Below, one piece after another: positions 21,237 through 30,540 of a stretch of DNA of 64,000 nucleotides. The DNA is taken from the NCBI GenBank assembly GCA_965209085.1, contig OZ242376.1:1440001-1504000 (forward strand), read 5' to 3'. The notes beneath the pieces were generated by a model that did not search any database, was not told the origin of the DNA, and saw nothing but the letters and a program-made list of their open reading frames with translations. This stretch comes from Nitrosopumilaceae archaeon. Its GTDB lineage: Archaea; Thermoproteota; Nitrososphaeria; Nitrososphaerales; Nitrosopumilaceae. The stretch's first letter is position 1. Each line of letters begins with the position of its first letter. The position numbers and the translations under genes were made by a program.

Positions 21237-22312
21237 ACGGATTTTAACGCCTCCAAGAGTTTGAGGTTTTCTGTCCGGGTTTTTACCGCGATGCGTATGT
21301 GATGGGCGCATAAAGCGCCAAAAGAGGTGCAGTCACGCACGAGTATTTTACGTTCTGCAAGTTTTCTCCAGAGTGTACGCGATTCATACCTTGTACGCAC
21401 AAGTATAAAATTAGCTGACGGGTTTGGCACGCATTTGTATCCGTCTATTTTGTTTATGTTTTTCTGTAGAAATTCTGATTCTTTTTTTATCAGACGGTGC
21501 GCCTTTTTCAAATGCGTTTTGTATGAGGATACTGCAGCGCATGCTGCCATTTGTGCCAAAACTGAAACGTTCCACGGCATGGAGGTACGGTTTAACAAAT
21601 CAGCCATGGTTTTGTTTGCAATACTGTATCCTGCCCGGACTCCTGGAATTGCAAATGATTTTGTAAGTGAACGCAGTACAAAGAGGTTTTTTCTTTTTGG
21701 TGCGTAAAGTGCAACCGATCTGCTTTTTCCTGGTACAATTTCTATAAACGATTCATCCACAAACAAAATAGACGATTTTGATTCTGCCTCATTGGCAATA
21801 TACAGCACGTGTTCTTTCTCTAACAGCTCGCCTGTGGGATTGTTCGGGTTACATACGAATATGCATCCGTTTTTTGGCATTACTTTTGAAAATTTCTCCA
21901 GATTTTCTCCAAGATTCATTGCGGTAAATTTTGTTACGCGATGACCTGCAAGCGATGCTGCGGATTCATATTCGGAGAATGTGGGATTTACCACGCATAT
22001 ATTGGAATTTTCCGGCAATACGTTGCTGCAAAATCTGTATATGATTTCAGTTGCCCCGTTGCCAACTGCAATTGTATTTGCACGCGTTCCCACATACGAT
22101 GCTAGACATTCTTTCATTTTCCTCGAGTCAGGATCAGGGTATTTTTCAGCTTTTGTGAGTGCAGAACGCATGGCGTGGGCTACTTTTGGTGGAGGCCCCC
22201 CCGGAAGTACGTTTGAGCTAAAATCAACCATGCCCTTTCGCATATCCCTAATGGAGAACAATCCTCCGTGTTTTTCCCGCATGTGCGCTGCCGCCCTGTT
22301 GGAGAGTTTCAT
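21233..22312 (-). CDS. cobD: L-threonine-O-3-phosphate decarboxylase (PLP-dependent)
   Basis: HGG, DFSSN, YPD, CNPNNPTG, DESF and RSLTKSFAIPGVRAGY; first gene of the cob operon. Confidence 0.82.
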   Translation of the reverse strand: MKLSNRAAAHMREKHGGLFSIRDMRKGMVDFSSNVLPGGPPPKVAHAMRSALTKAEKYPDPDSRKMKECLASYVGTRANTIAVGNGATEIIYRFCSNVLPENSNICVVNPTFSEYESAASLAGHRVTKFTAMNLGENLEKFSKVMPKNGCIFVCNPNNPTGELLEKEHVLYIANEAESKSSILFVDESFIEIVPGKSRSVALYAPKRKNLFVLRSLTKSFAIPGVRAGYSIANKTMADLLNRTSMPWNVSVLAQMAACAAVSSYKTHLKKAHRLIKKESEFLQKNINKIDGYKCVPNPSANFILVRTRYESRTLWRKLAERKILVRDCTSFGALCAHHIRIAVKTRTENLKLLEALKSV

Positions 22313-22460
22313 GAGGTTTCTTTTATTTTGCCGATTTAGTATGTTGTGTTTTCCAAGGTGCACGGATTGGCTTTGAAGTCATGATATGCAAACGTAATAC
22401 AGGTACCAGGTTTTGCCTGAATTTGTCATTCGCTTAAATTCAAATTTTTGTACATATGGT

Positions 22461-22649
22461 ATGCCAGATGAATCATGCAGATGTTGCGGAGGTTCGTTAG
22501 TTGATCGCAAATTATGTAAAAAATGCTTCCAAAGCACATCCGAGATGTGTACTGAATGCGGAAGTCACACTTTGGAGAAATTTCACATCATGTGCAATAT
22601 CTCAGACAATGACGTACAAGTGTGCCAAACCCGTGCAAGTGTGATTTAA
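22461..22649 (+). CDS. small Cys-rich zinc-finger protein
   Basis: MPDESCRCCGG...CKKC...CTECG...HIMC. Confidence 0.65.
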   Translation: MPDESCRCCGGSLVDRKLCKKCFQSTSEMCTECGSHTLEKFHIMCNISDNDVQVCQTRASVI

Positions 22650-22658
22650 AATCCAAGA

Positions 22659-24485
22659 CTAGATTCTTCGTTTTTCGCGGGAAATACTGTCTTTGTTTTG
22701 GTTTGAACCCTCGTTATTTCCAGAATCCTTCTTTTCGGATTTGTCCTGGCGGTCATATCGCCCTCCACTGTGTTCGGATCCTCGATCATCGCTCCTGTTA
22801 AAACGTCCGCCGCTGCGATCTGATCCTCTCTCAAATCTGCCGCCGCTGCTACCTCTATCAGGGCGTCCGCCGTCCCGTCCAGAACCTCTACTTTCAAATC
22901 TGCCGCCGCTACTGCCTCTATCAGGGCGTCCGCCGTCCCGTCCAGAACCTCTACTTTCAAATCTGCCGCCGCTACTGCCTCTATCAGAGCGTCCGCCGTC
23001 CCGTCCAGAACCTCTACTTTCAAATCTGCCGCCGCTACTGCCTCTATCAGGGCGTCCGCCGTCCCGTCCAGAACCTCTACTTTCAAATCTGCCGCCGCTA
23101 CTGCCTCTATCAGGGCGTCCGCCATCGCGTCCAGGACCTCTGCGTTCAAATCTGCCGCCGCTACTGCCTCTATCAGAGCGTCCGCCGTCCCGTCCAGAAC
23201 CTCTACTTTCAAATCTGCCGCCGCTGCTGCCTCTATCAGGGCGTCCGCCATCGCGTCCTGGACCTCTGCGTTCAAATCTTCGATTATCATGTCCAAAACC
23301 TCCACGACCACCGCCGCGTCCGAATCCGCCGCGCGATACCTGGCGTTTTAGAGGATCCGGTATGTCAACTTTTATTCCCATCTCTTTATTCAGATCAGTC
23401 ATCTCTACCTTTACTTTTCTTTTTATCATCTCAAAATCCGGTGCAGACGAGTATGATACTAGTGTTATCGCCTTGCCTTTTTCACCCGCCCGTGCCGTTC
23501 TTCCGATACGGTGAAAGTAAATCATCTCCTGGTTTGGTATGTCATAGTTTATCACCAGAGCTACGTGCGGAACATCTATGCCTCTAGCTGCCACATCAGT
23601 TGCCACCAATATGTCAGCTTTGCCAGTTCGGAATTTTGTCATGGACTGTTCCCGTCTGTGCTGTGACATGTCACCTTCTATGGCTACTGCGTCAAAGCCC
23701 ATTTTTCGAAGATCGTGTGTAACATCCCTGGTACGGTATTTTGTAGAACAAAATACAATTGACTGCATTGTGCCATTTTTCTTTATAAAATCTACTAGAT
23801 GATCCATTTTTTCTTTGTCTCGTATAACCAGAAATGACTGATCTATTCCCTCGCCGCTTAAATCGTCGTTGTCAAGCAGAAACTGTTTTGGATTTCTCAG
23901 ATAATTCTCTGCCAATCTTAAAATTTCAACTGGCATGGTAGCTGAGAAAAGCGAAACCACTTTTTCTTCCGGTGTGAGATCCATGATAAACTGTATGTCG
24001 TCTATAAATCCCATATCCAGCATGGTATCTGCCTCATCCAATACCATGTATGAGATATCGTCCAAATTGACAGAGCCGCGTTTTAAATGATCTATGAGCC
24101 TGCCAGGTGTTGCTACAAGAATTTCCACTCCGCGTTTTATTGCATCCAGTTGCGGCCCCATGCTTTGCCCGCCATATATGGTAGTCACTCGCAGTTTGGT
24201 ATATTTTGCAAATTTTTCAATTTCAACAGATATCTGGTTTGCAAGCTCTCTAGTTGGAGCAATTACAAGTCCTTGAATTCCAGATCCTGGCTGTAATCTT
24301 TCAATCATGGATATAGCATATGCGGCAGTTTTGCCAGTTCCAGTATGAGCTTGTCCTATTACGTCACGACCAGTAAGTAAAACAGGTATGGCAGCTTGCT
24401 GTATTGGAAACGCCTCTTCAAAACCATTTTCGTCGAGCGCGGCGATTATCTGCTCTCCGATTCCCATATCTCTAAATGTTGTCAT
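22659..24485 (-). CDS. DEAD-box RNA helicase with Arg/Gly-rich repetitive C-terminal tail
   Basis: Q motif, GTGKT, PTRELA, TPGR, DEAD, SAT, ARGID and HRIGRTAR. Confidence 0.96.
   Translation of the reverse strand: MTTFRDMGIGEQIIAALDENGFEEAFPIQQAAIPVLLTGRDVIGQAHTGTGKTAAYAISMIERLQPGSGIQGLVIAPTRELANQISVEIEKFAKYTKLRVTTIYGGQSMGPQLDAIKRGVEILVATPGRLIDHLKRGSVNLDDISYMVLDEADTMLDMGFIDDIQFIMDLTPEEKVVSLFSATMPVEILRLAENYLRNPKQFLLDNDDLSGEGIDQSFLVIRDKEKMDHLVDFIKKNGTMQSIVFCSTKYRTRDVTHDLRKMGFDAVAIEGDMSQHRREQSMTKFRTGKADILVATDVAARGIDVPHVALVINYDIPNQEMIYFHRIGRTARAGEKGKAITLVSYSSAPDFEMIKRKVKVEMTDLNKEMGIKVDIPDPLKRQVSRGGFGRGGGRGGFGHDNRRFERRGPGRDGGRPDRGSSGGRFESRGSGRDGGRSDRGSSGGRFERRGPGRDGGRPDRGSSGGRFESRGSGRDGGRPDRGSSGGRFESRGSGRDGGRSDRGSSGGRFESRGSGRDGGRPDRGSSGGRFESRGSGRDGGRPDRGSSGGRFERGSDRSGGRFNRSDDRGSEHSGGRYDRQDKSEKKDSGNNEGSNQNKDSISREKRRI
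22839..23279 (-). repeat. 7 x 63-bp tandem repeat encoding RFE(S/R)RG(S/P)GRDGGR(P/S)DRGSSGG
   Basis: Near-identical 63-bp units are directly visible, followed by a partial eighth copy at 22827-22838. Confidence 0.95.
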
Positions 24486-24807
24486 ATTTTTACTCTGGCA
24501 ATGACAGAAAGCTCATTGCGCAGTCTGTCATATTTCCAAATGTTGTTCTTATATGCTGACTAATAAACGCTTATAATTTGAATCTGTGAGGTTATCGTGC
24601 ATTTCCACGCCTAAATTTCTTAAAATTCTAGATCGCTATTTTTTCCATATTACCCTAACTACCACTAGGCTAATCAAAGCTGTCAACGAGAACGTCATAA
24701 CTACCACCATTAATCTTGCCAATCCGTCAAATCCAAAATATGCCATGGGTATGCCTATGATCTGACTGAATGAAAATTATGAATGTTTTTTTTCCTTTGC
24801 CCATAAA

Positions 24808-25890
24808 GTATGACTTTATCATACCTTTTTTTAATCATACCTACACCATAACGGCCATTATTGACAAGATTGAACGGAACGAGAAACGATTAGAATCAAT
24901 GCAAAACGAGATTGATGCAAAAAACAGAATGATTGAATCCCTTCTTCAACGCCATCGATCATGCTATGAAAACTCAAACACTCCGTCTTCAAGCAGGTCT
25001 TTGCAGCAAAAAGAGTAAAAACATGACACGTATTGCACGTGAAATCGGAGATCTACCTCCAAAGGGCAAAGCCAGAAGGAAAACAAGGATACAGATGTAT
25101 CTTGCATAAACACAATCCATCAAGTATTGTAAGACATGATGTAGAAAAAATCAGATGTGTATGCAGTTCCAGGATGAAATACTCACATACGATGACCCAA
25201 GATATGTTGGACTACAAACAATCTGTTGCAGTTGAAACGCCACGAGATCGAGGTTCTCGTCTGTCCGAATTGCAATTGAATGCATAAAGCAGAAAACGAT
25301 CTGCCAAGAATGGGATCGTACGGTGAGAACATTGTGGCATTTATCGGACAGTGTAGAGCAGAAAGACTGCCCATGCATGCAATTCCAAACATGGTAAAAC
25401 AGTATGCAGTATAACAATCGTAACATCCACAGTATCCAACGTACTCTCAAATATTACAGATTCAATGGAAAATGACGCCAAATCCATCACAAACGAGGTA
25501 ACAATCTCACCCCATGTTCATATCGATGAGACATCGTACAGTTTGGATGGAGATCTTGTATGGATATTGGCATTGATGCACAAAAACACGGTGGCAATGA
25601 TCATGAACAAGAGCCGCGGCGTGTACGTAATGGATTCGTATATGGACAAATAAGATGATATTGTGATAACTGACGGATACAATGTGTACAAAAGATTTGA
25701 TTCTGGCAGTATGCATCAGCGGTGCAGGGTTCATGAAATACATGAGGCAAAACATGTAGGCATGTATGCAGGGCGGCGTGATTCTATGATGAGGATGTCA
25801 AACTTTCTTACCTGCATTTGGACATGGAAAATGCAGGGCAAAAGCGTGTTTGACGAGGTGTTGGCTATTGTTTAATAGGTAAATTCATAC
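24808..25890 (+). mobile_element. degraded, internally deleted IS66-family element
   Basis: Transposase fragments YENSNTPSSS, HIDETSY, NKSRG, ITDGYNVY, HQRC and TWKMQG, broken by stops and frameshifts. Imperfect TIRs GTATGACTTTATC (24808-24820) and GGTAAATTCATAC (25878-25890) match at 11/13. Confidence 0.8.
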
Positions 25891-25938
25891 GAATAAATGG
25901 CAAACGTTGATATAAAATGCAAGCTTGCATACTTGCGA

Positions 25939-26151
25939 TTAAAGTTTTAAGCCCAATTCTCGTATTATATCATTAACATAAATTGTAGGTAACATTCGTT
26001 CATATTGAAAATATCTAGTTTTATTATTTTCAGGATTACTAATTATCAATTTGTTACTCGCATTAGTGGGATTTGGGTTTTGACTGATATTTCCTCCTAA
26101 TACTGTAAGAAGATTATAAGCCTCATGTCCGCTAATCCATTCGTCTCCCAA
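25939..26151 (-). CDS. HicA-like putative toxin (divergent)
   Basis: 70 aa; SGHEAYNLLTVLG...LPTIYVNDIIRELGL follows the HicA layout; overlaps the upstream HicB-like ORF. Confidence 0.5.
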   Translation of the reverse strand: MGDEWISGHEAYNLLTVLGGNISQNPNPTNASNKLIISNPENNKTRYFQYERMLPTIYVNDIIRELGLKL

Positions 26152-26350
26152 TTTTAATCACTTTTGACTCCTCTAGTTCTTTACCTTCTTTATTCATATA
26201 TTTGAGATAAAAATCAACACCTTCTTCTAAATTCTGTTTTAATTTATCATCCGTTTTTGCAAATACTGAAACTGCAGGATATTCTGCACATTTTCCTATA
26301 CAATAACCATCGTATGATTTCTTAATCATGTGGATGTCATTATTACTCAT
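26132..26350 (-). CDS. HicB-like putative antitoxin
   Basis: DGYCIGKCAEYPAVSVFAKTDDKLKQNLEEGVDFYL resembles the HicB N-terminal domain pattern. Confidence 0.62.
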   Translation of the reverse strand: MSNNDIHMIKKSYDGYCIGKCAEYPAVSVFAKTDDKLKQNLEEGVDFYLKYMNKEGKELEESKVIKIGRRMD

Positions 26351-26702
26351 ATTTTGCTGCACCTCTGTAAATAACCCACCATGTTTACATTTAAACTAAG
26401 CGATCAGCATTTTTAATCCAATCGAAAGAAGATCCATAATCATGCCTATACACCGATAAGTTCATAGAACCATAATTTGAACTGCGAACACGTTTGTCTC
26501 ACAGTTACAGTGAGATACGCTGTAAACGGCCCACGGATGCACAGCATAAATCCGGTTTAATTGAATTTTAATAAATCTGTGCGATTTCTCAAAATGAGCA
26601 AATCTTCTGCAATCCCCATCATCATGATTTAATGCATCATCTCATATGGGAACGAACTGGGACGAATACGCTTTATAATGTACCATCGGTGCACAGATTT
26701 AT

Positions 26703-26777
26703 GCCAATGTAGCTCAGCCTGGCTAGAGCATTCGCCTTGTAAGCGAAAGGTCGAGGGTTCAAAGCCCTCCATTGGCT
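26703..26777 (+). tRNA. tRNA-Thr(TGT)
   Basis: GCCAATG-TAGCTCAGCCTGGCTAGAGCA-TTCGC-CTTGTAA-GCGAA...GAGGGTTCAAAGCCCTC-CATTGGCT. Confidence 0.95.
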
Positions 26778-26885
26778 TAAACTATGATAAAACAACAGAT
26801 TTGTCGTTATTCTTGTATTGAATCGACAGTCATATACGCAGTACAGGTATGTTCAGTTTTTATATCATTAAAGATAACATGTGGC

Positions 26886-27095
26886 ATGAAATTTCGCAGA
26901 ATCAAGCCAAAAAAACTCAAGGTGCTTACGCTCATGTTTTTTGGTACGGGAGGTCTTGGCATAATAATGGGACTGCGTTCGGGGGATTTTAACATGACGT
27001 CCATTGGAACAAGTTTTATCTGCATAGGGGGATTTATCGGGTGGATGTTTCTTACAGGCAAACACGATCGCGATCCGCGTAAGAGGAAAAAATAA
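26886..27095 (+). CDS. small two-TM membrane protein
   Basis: Basic N-terminus, two hydrophobic Gly-rich segments and a basic C-terminus. Confidence 0.65.
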   Translation: MKFRRIKPKKLKVLTLMFFGTGGLGIIMGLRSGDFNMTSIGTSFICIGGFIGWMFLTGKHDRDPRKRKK

Positions 27096-27170
27096 TTTAC
27101 AGACGGGTTAATGAATGATTTTTATCGATTTATTGGAACACTTTTTTATGTACATATATGAACCCAAATC

Positions 27171-28628
27171 ATGAAGCGCGACTATGACGTCATAATAGCA
27201 GGTGGAGGATTGGCAGGAACGATTGCAGCACAATCCGTGCACAAATATTCTAATGGAAATTTATCCATTTTGGTTATAGATCGCAGCCCAGAGCACATGC
27301 CGGGAAGCAAGAGCGTTGCAGGATGGATCTGTGGCGATGCTGTAAGTAAAGAAACAGTTGACTATATGACAGAACGTTTAGGCACCAAATGGGAGAGTCC
27401 GGAGATTGAACACAAAGTAAAGGGAGTAATGGCGTTTTCTCCTGACAGGCAGACATCAATACCTTTTGACGGGGACGGGTACATGTTGAACAGAAAACTA
27501 CTTCCCGAGAGACAGAATCAAAGATGTAAAAATATGGGAATAGAATTTGCATACAAGACCAATCTTGGCGGATTGTTGTATGAAAACGGCCAAGTAACCG
27601 GTGTGCGCGGGACGGGTTCAGATGGAGCAGCATTCAAAAAAACTGCCAGTATTGTAATTGATGCAACCGGAATTACGTCCATGCTGCGCAACCAGATTGA
27701 AAATACCACAAAGATTGAAAAAAAGATAGACAGACACGATATAGAGTCAACCGGCAGGCACATTATGGACTTTGAAACAGGAGAGGAGGATCTTACCGAA
27801 TTTGATCCAGATTACTGTATAATACATCTAGATCAGGATATTGCGCCAGGAGGATACGGCTGGGTTTTTCCAAAAGGCAAAAACAAAGTAAACATCGGCC
27901 TTGGCGTTGAAAAATCTCTTTTGGAGAAACGCAACAAGAGACTTGGACAAAATAGCAACGTATCCAAATTGATAAACGAATATGTAAAAAGAAACCGTGC
28001 GATAAAAAACCCCATCATATCCACTGACGAATCAGATGTATACAATGCCACCGGAAATTTCCAAGTCTCGGTGCGCCGGCAAAACGACTGTCTAGTTGCA
28101 GGTGGATTTATGCTTGTAGGCGATTCTGCATGGATGCCAAAACCGCTTGATGCGGGAGGAATAGGTCCGGCCCTGATTGCCGGTACGATTGTAGGCAAGT
28201 GTGCAGCTCTTGCAATTGAAAGCGGCGACTGTAGCGAATCAGGACTGTGGCAGTACAACAGGGAATTTATACGCGAATACGGATATAAAACGGCAGGTTT
28301 GGAAATTTTTCGAAGGCTGATTCAGACATTAAGCAACGATCAGATAAGTTACGGCATGAAACATTTTCTTGGCAATTTGGACGTGGAGGCAATATCAAAG
28401 GGTGAGCATCCTGATTTTGGCGCACTAGGTAAAATGGGCATGATGATACGCGGTATTTTGAACAAAAACCTAGCAAAGGGTCTGCGGTTTACTAGCGGAG
28501 AAAACAGATGGCTGACTGACCATTACAACAACTATCCAGAATCCCCCGAGGGTTTTGAGGCATGGAGTGCAAAACTGCGTACGCGTCTTGGGGATGCAAA
28601 TACAAAACTTGCAATGTATCAAAACTAG
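27171..28628 (+). CDS. geranylgeranyl reductase-family FAD oxidoreductase
   Basis: GGGLAG, CGDAV, DATG, PGGYGWVFPK and VGDSA...PLDAGGI. Confidence 0.87.
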   Translation: MKRDYDVIIAGGGLAGTIAAQSVHKYSNGNLSILVIDRSPEHMPGSKSVAGWICGDAVSKETVDYMTERLGTKWESPEIEHKVKGVMAFSPDRQTSIPFDGDGYMLNRKLLPERQNQRCKNMGIEFAYKTNLGGLLYENGQVTGVRGTGSDGAAFKKTASIVIDATGITSMLRNQIENTTKIEKKIDRHDIESTGRHIMDFETGEEDLTEFDPDYCIIHLDQDIAPGGYGWVFPKGKNKVNIGLGVEKSLLEKRNKRLGQNSNVSKLINEYVKRNRAIKNPIISTDESDVYNATGNFQVSVRRQNDCLVAGGFMLVGDSAWMPKPLDAGGIGPALIAGTIVGKCAALAIESGDCSESGLWQYNREFIREYGYKTAGLEIFRRLIQTLSNDQISYGMKHFLGNLDVEAISKGEHPDFGALGKMGMMIRGILNKNLAKGLRFTSGENRWLTDHYNNYPESPEGFEAWSAKLRTRLGDANTKLAMYQN

Positions 28629-28696
28629 ATGTATTTACGCTCATTCGTGTTTTTATTGGTAAAAATTCTTAAGTTTGCCGTATTTTGAATAACTGT

Positions 28697-29344
28697 ATGG
28701 CTACGGATGCACGCATACTGGATTTGGTTGCAGAACTGATACGCAAGGGTCACGGCGAAATGCACGTTTTGGAGAGGATAAAAAGGGCGGCACTGCAAAA
28801 CGAGGTAATATCCGTGAACGAGCGAAGGTACATTGAATCTCTTGCGGAAAAATTTCTTAGGCTGAATGAAACAAAACAAACGCCAAAACCTGTTGCAGAA
28901 CCCATTTTGGCGCCGCAAACAAAACCTGTACCGCATGCAGAGTATGCACCTGCGAGGATAAAAAAACTCCGTATACCGATAAAAAAAATCTTAATGGTTG
29001 CAATAATATCCGCAATTGCAGCAGCTGCATACGCTGGTGTAAACACGTTTGGTTTTCCAGGTGCAGATACTGCACCTGTTTTTGAATTTTCCATAAATAC
29101 TGATGCTGTAAATTATCGCATAGGCGACATTGTTTCCGTGTACGGGAGTGCAAAAAAGGATGTAAAAATATCCGTACTAGATACATCCAACAACATTGTT
29201 TGGTTTGATGAGATCTCACCGGATTCTTCGTACAGTTATTCCATACTCATAATAGCGGCCGGAGACGGTTGGAATGCTGGAGAATATACTGTCATGGCAT
29301 CATACGGTGCAGAATATGATTCTGTAAAAATTACCATGCAATAG
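28697..29344 (+). CDS. hypothetical membrane-anchored protein with Ig-like C-terminal domain
   Basis: Central TM helix followed by TDAVNYRIGDIVSVYG...GEYTVMASYG. Confidence 0.7.
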   Translation: MATDARILDLVAELIRKGHGEMHVLERIKRAALQNEVISVNERRYIESLAEKFLRLNETKQTPKPVAEPILAPQTKPVPHAEYAPARIKKLRIPIKKILMVAIISAIAAAAYAGVNTFGFPGADTAPVFEFSINTDAVNYRIGDIVSVYGSAKKDVKISVLDTSNNIVWFDEISPDSSYSYSILIIAAGDGWNAGEYTVMASYGAEYDSVKITMQ

Positions 29345-29351
29345 GCTGCGT

Positions 29352-29912
29352 TTATTCATATACCATTAGATCTTTTTCTTCAAGCATTGCGTGAAGATTG
29401 TTTATCGAACGGTATACGTCTGATTCTTTTTTTGCGCCAGTACAGACAAGCTTGCCGGATGCAAACAGCAGAATGACGGTTTTTGGATCCACCATGCGGT
29501 GTATGAGACCTGGAAACTGTTCTGGCTCGTACATGCTTCGCGGCAGTACCCTGGCTGCTTTTTCCAAATGTATTTTGCCTCCAAGATTTATGGCAGCCAC
29601 TATGTTTTGAACCGTGACAACTGCGTCTTTTTTAATATCAATTTTTTTTTCCCGCAGTTTTTGCACCACGGTGCGGACCGCTTTAATTGCCATCTCTTCG
29701 GATTTTGCGCCAGTGCAGACCATTTTACCGGTTCGAAATATCAGCGTGGCAGTGCGAGGATTTTCCAATCTGAATACAAGTCCTGGAAACTGTTCTGGGT
29801 GGTATTCTGTCTTTGGGTGTTTTTTTGTAACCTCGATTAGGTCGATTTTTTGGTCTACGGAAGCAGATGCGACCACATTTTCTACGCTAATTACTGGTTT
29901 TGTCTGCGGCAT
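29352..29912 (-). CDS. tbp: TATA-box-binding protein
   Basis: Two repeats of NVVAS...Y.PEQFPGL..R...LIF.(T/S)GK.VCTGAK. Confidence 0.98.
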   Translation of the reverse strand: MPQTKPVISVENVVASASVDQKIDLIEVTKKHPKTEYHPEQFPGLVFRLENPRTATLIFRTGKMVCTGAKSEEMAIKAVRTVVQKLREKKIDIKKDAVVTVQNIVAAINLGGKIHLEKAARVLPRSMYEPEQFPGLIHRMVDPKTVILLFASGKLVCTGAKKESDVYRSINNLHAMLEEKDLMVYE

Positions 29913-30014
29913 GAGTAATGTTCAGGCTCACTATATATAAACTACTTAAGCCGGCGAATATTTTGACATTTTTTGCCGATATGCATATGCCAATTTTACA
30001 AAATTTTCTGATTG

Positions 30015-30434
30015 TTAGTGGCGCCCTATCCACCGATACCTAAACTCTTCATCGATGATTTCCGATTTTAGATGTTTTGTAGAATGTACTGGCATGGGCA
30101 TTTTGATCCTAAAGAATCCCGGCTTGCCTTTGCACGGTATTGGAACGCGCAGTCTCTTTGGGTTTTTTAGAGCAATCATGCATGAACCGTTCTCATCAAA
30201 AATGCAAGAGTCAATCTTTGCATACCCCACGATGGCTCCGGTAACCAGATTTTTACAGTCCATACCTAGCCGGATGCATTCACTTTTGCAGATGCGTATG
30301 GGCGAATGTATGTAAAGTCTGTCAGGGGAATATTTTTGTACAAAAGGCACGAATGTTTTTTCTCCAGACATGCACAGTTCAGCATACGGTTGTCTTAACG
30401 AGCGGCACGTTATGTACATTGAATTTTCAGTCAA
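30015..30434 (-). CDS. ASCH-domain protein
   Basis: SLRQPYAELCMSGEKT...GAIVGYA...LKNPKRLRVPIPCKGKPGFF. Confidence 0.75.
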   Translation of the reverse strand: MTENSMYITCRSLRQPYAELCMSGEKTFVPFVQKYSPDRLYIHSPIRICKSECIRLGMDCKNLVTGAIVGYAKIDSCIFDENGSCMIALKNPKRLRVPIPCKGKPGFFRIKMPMPVHSTKHLKSEIIDEEFRYRWIGRH

Positions 30435-30540
30435 ATCCGCAGACGGGAATTCATGGAGGTTTGAATATGTTTCGTTTTATTTGAATCAAATAATGCGGAT
30501 TTTACCACAACTTTTATCCATGCATGCGGATTTGTATCAT

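Noticed and set aside
22839-23279. Possible CRISPR array
   Set aside because: Units are contiguous with no unique spacers, are in frame within a CDS, and no cas genes are present.
22646-23514. Long alternative-frame ORFs over the helicase repeats (221 aa on -, 273 aa on +)
   Set aside because: By-product of a stop-free 63-bp repeat; both overlap a clear DEAD-box helicase.
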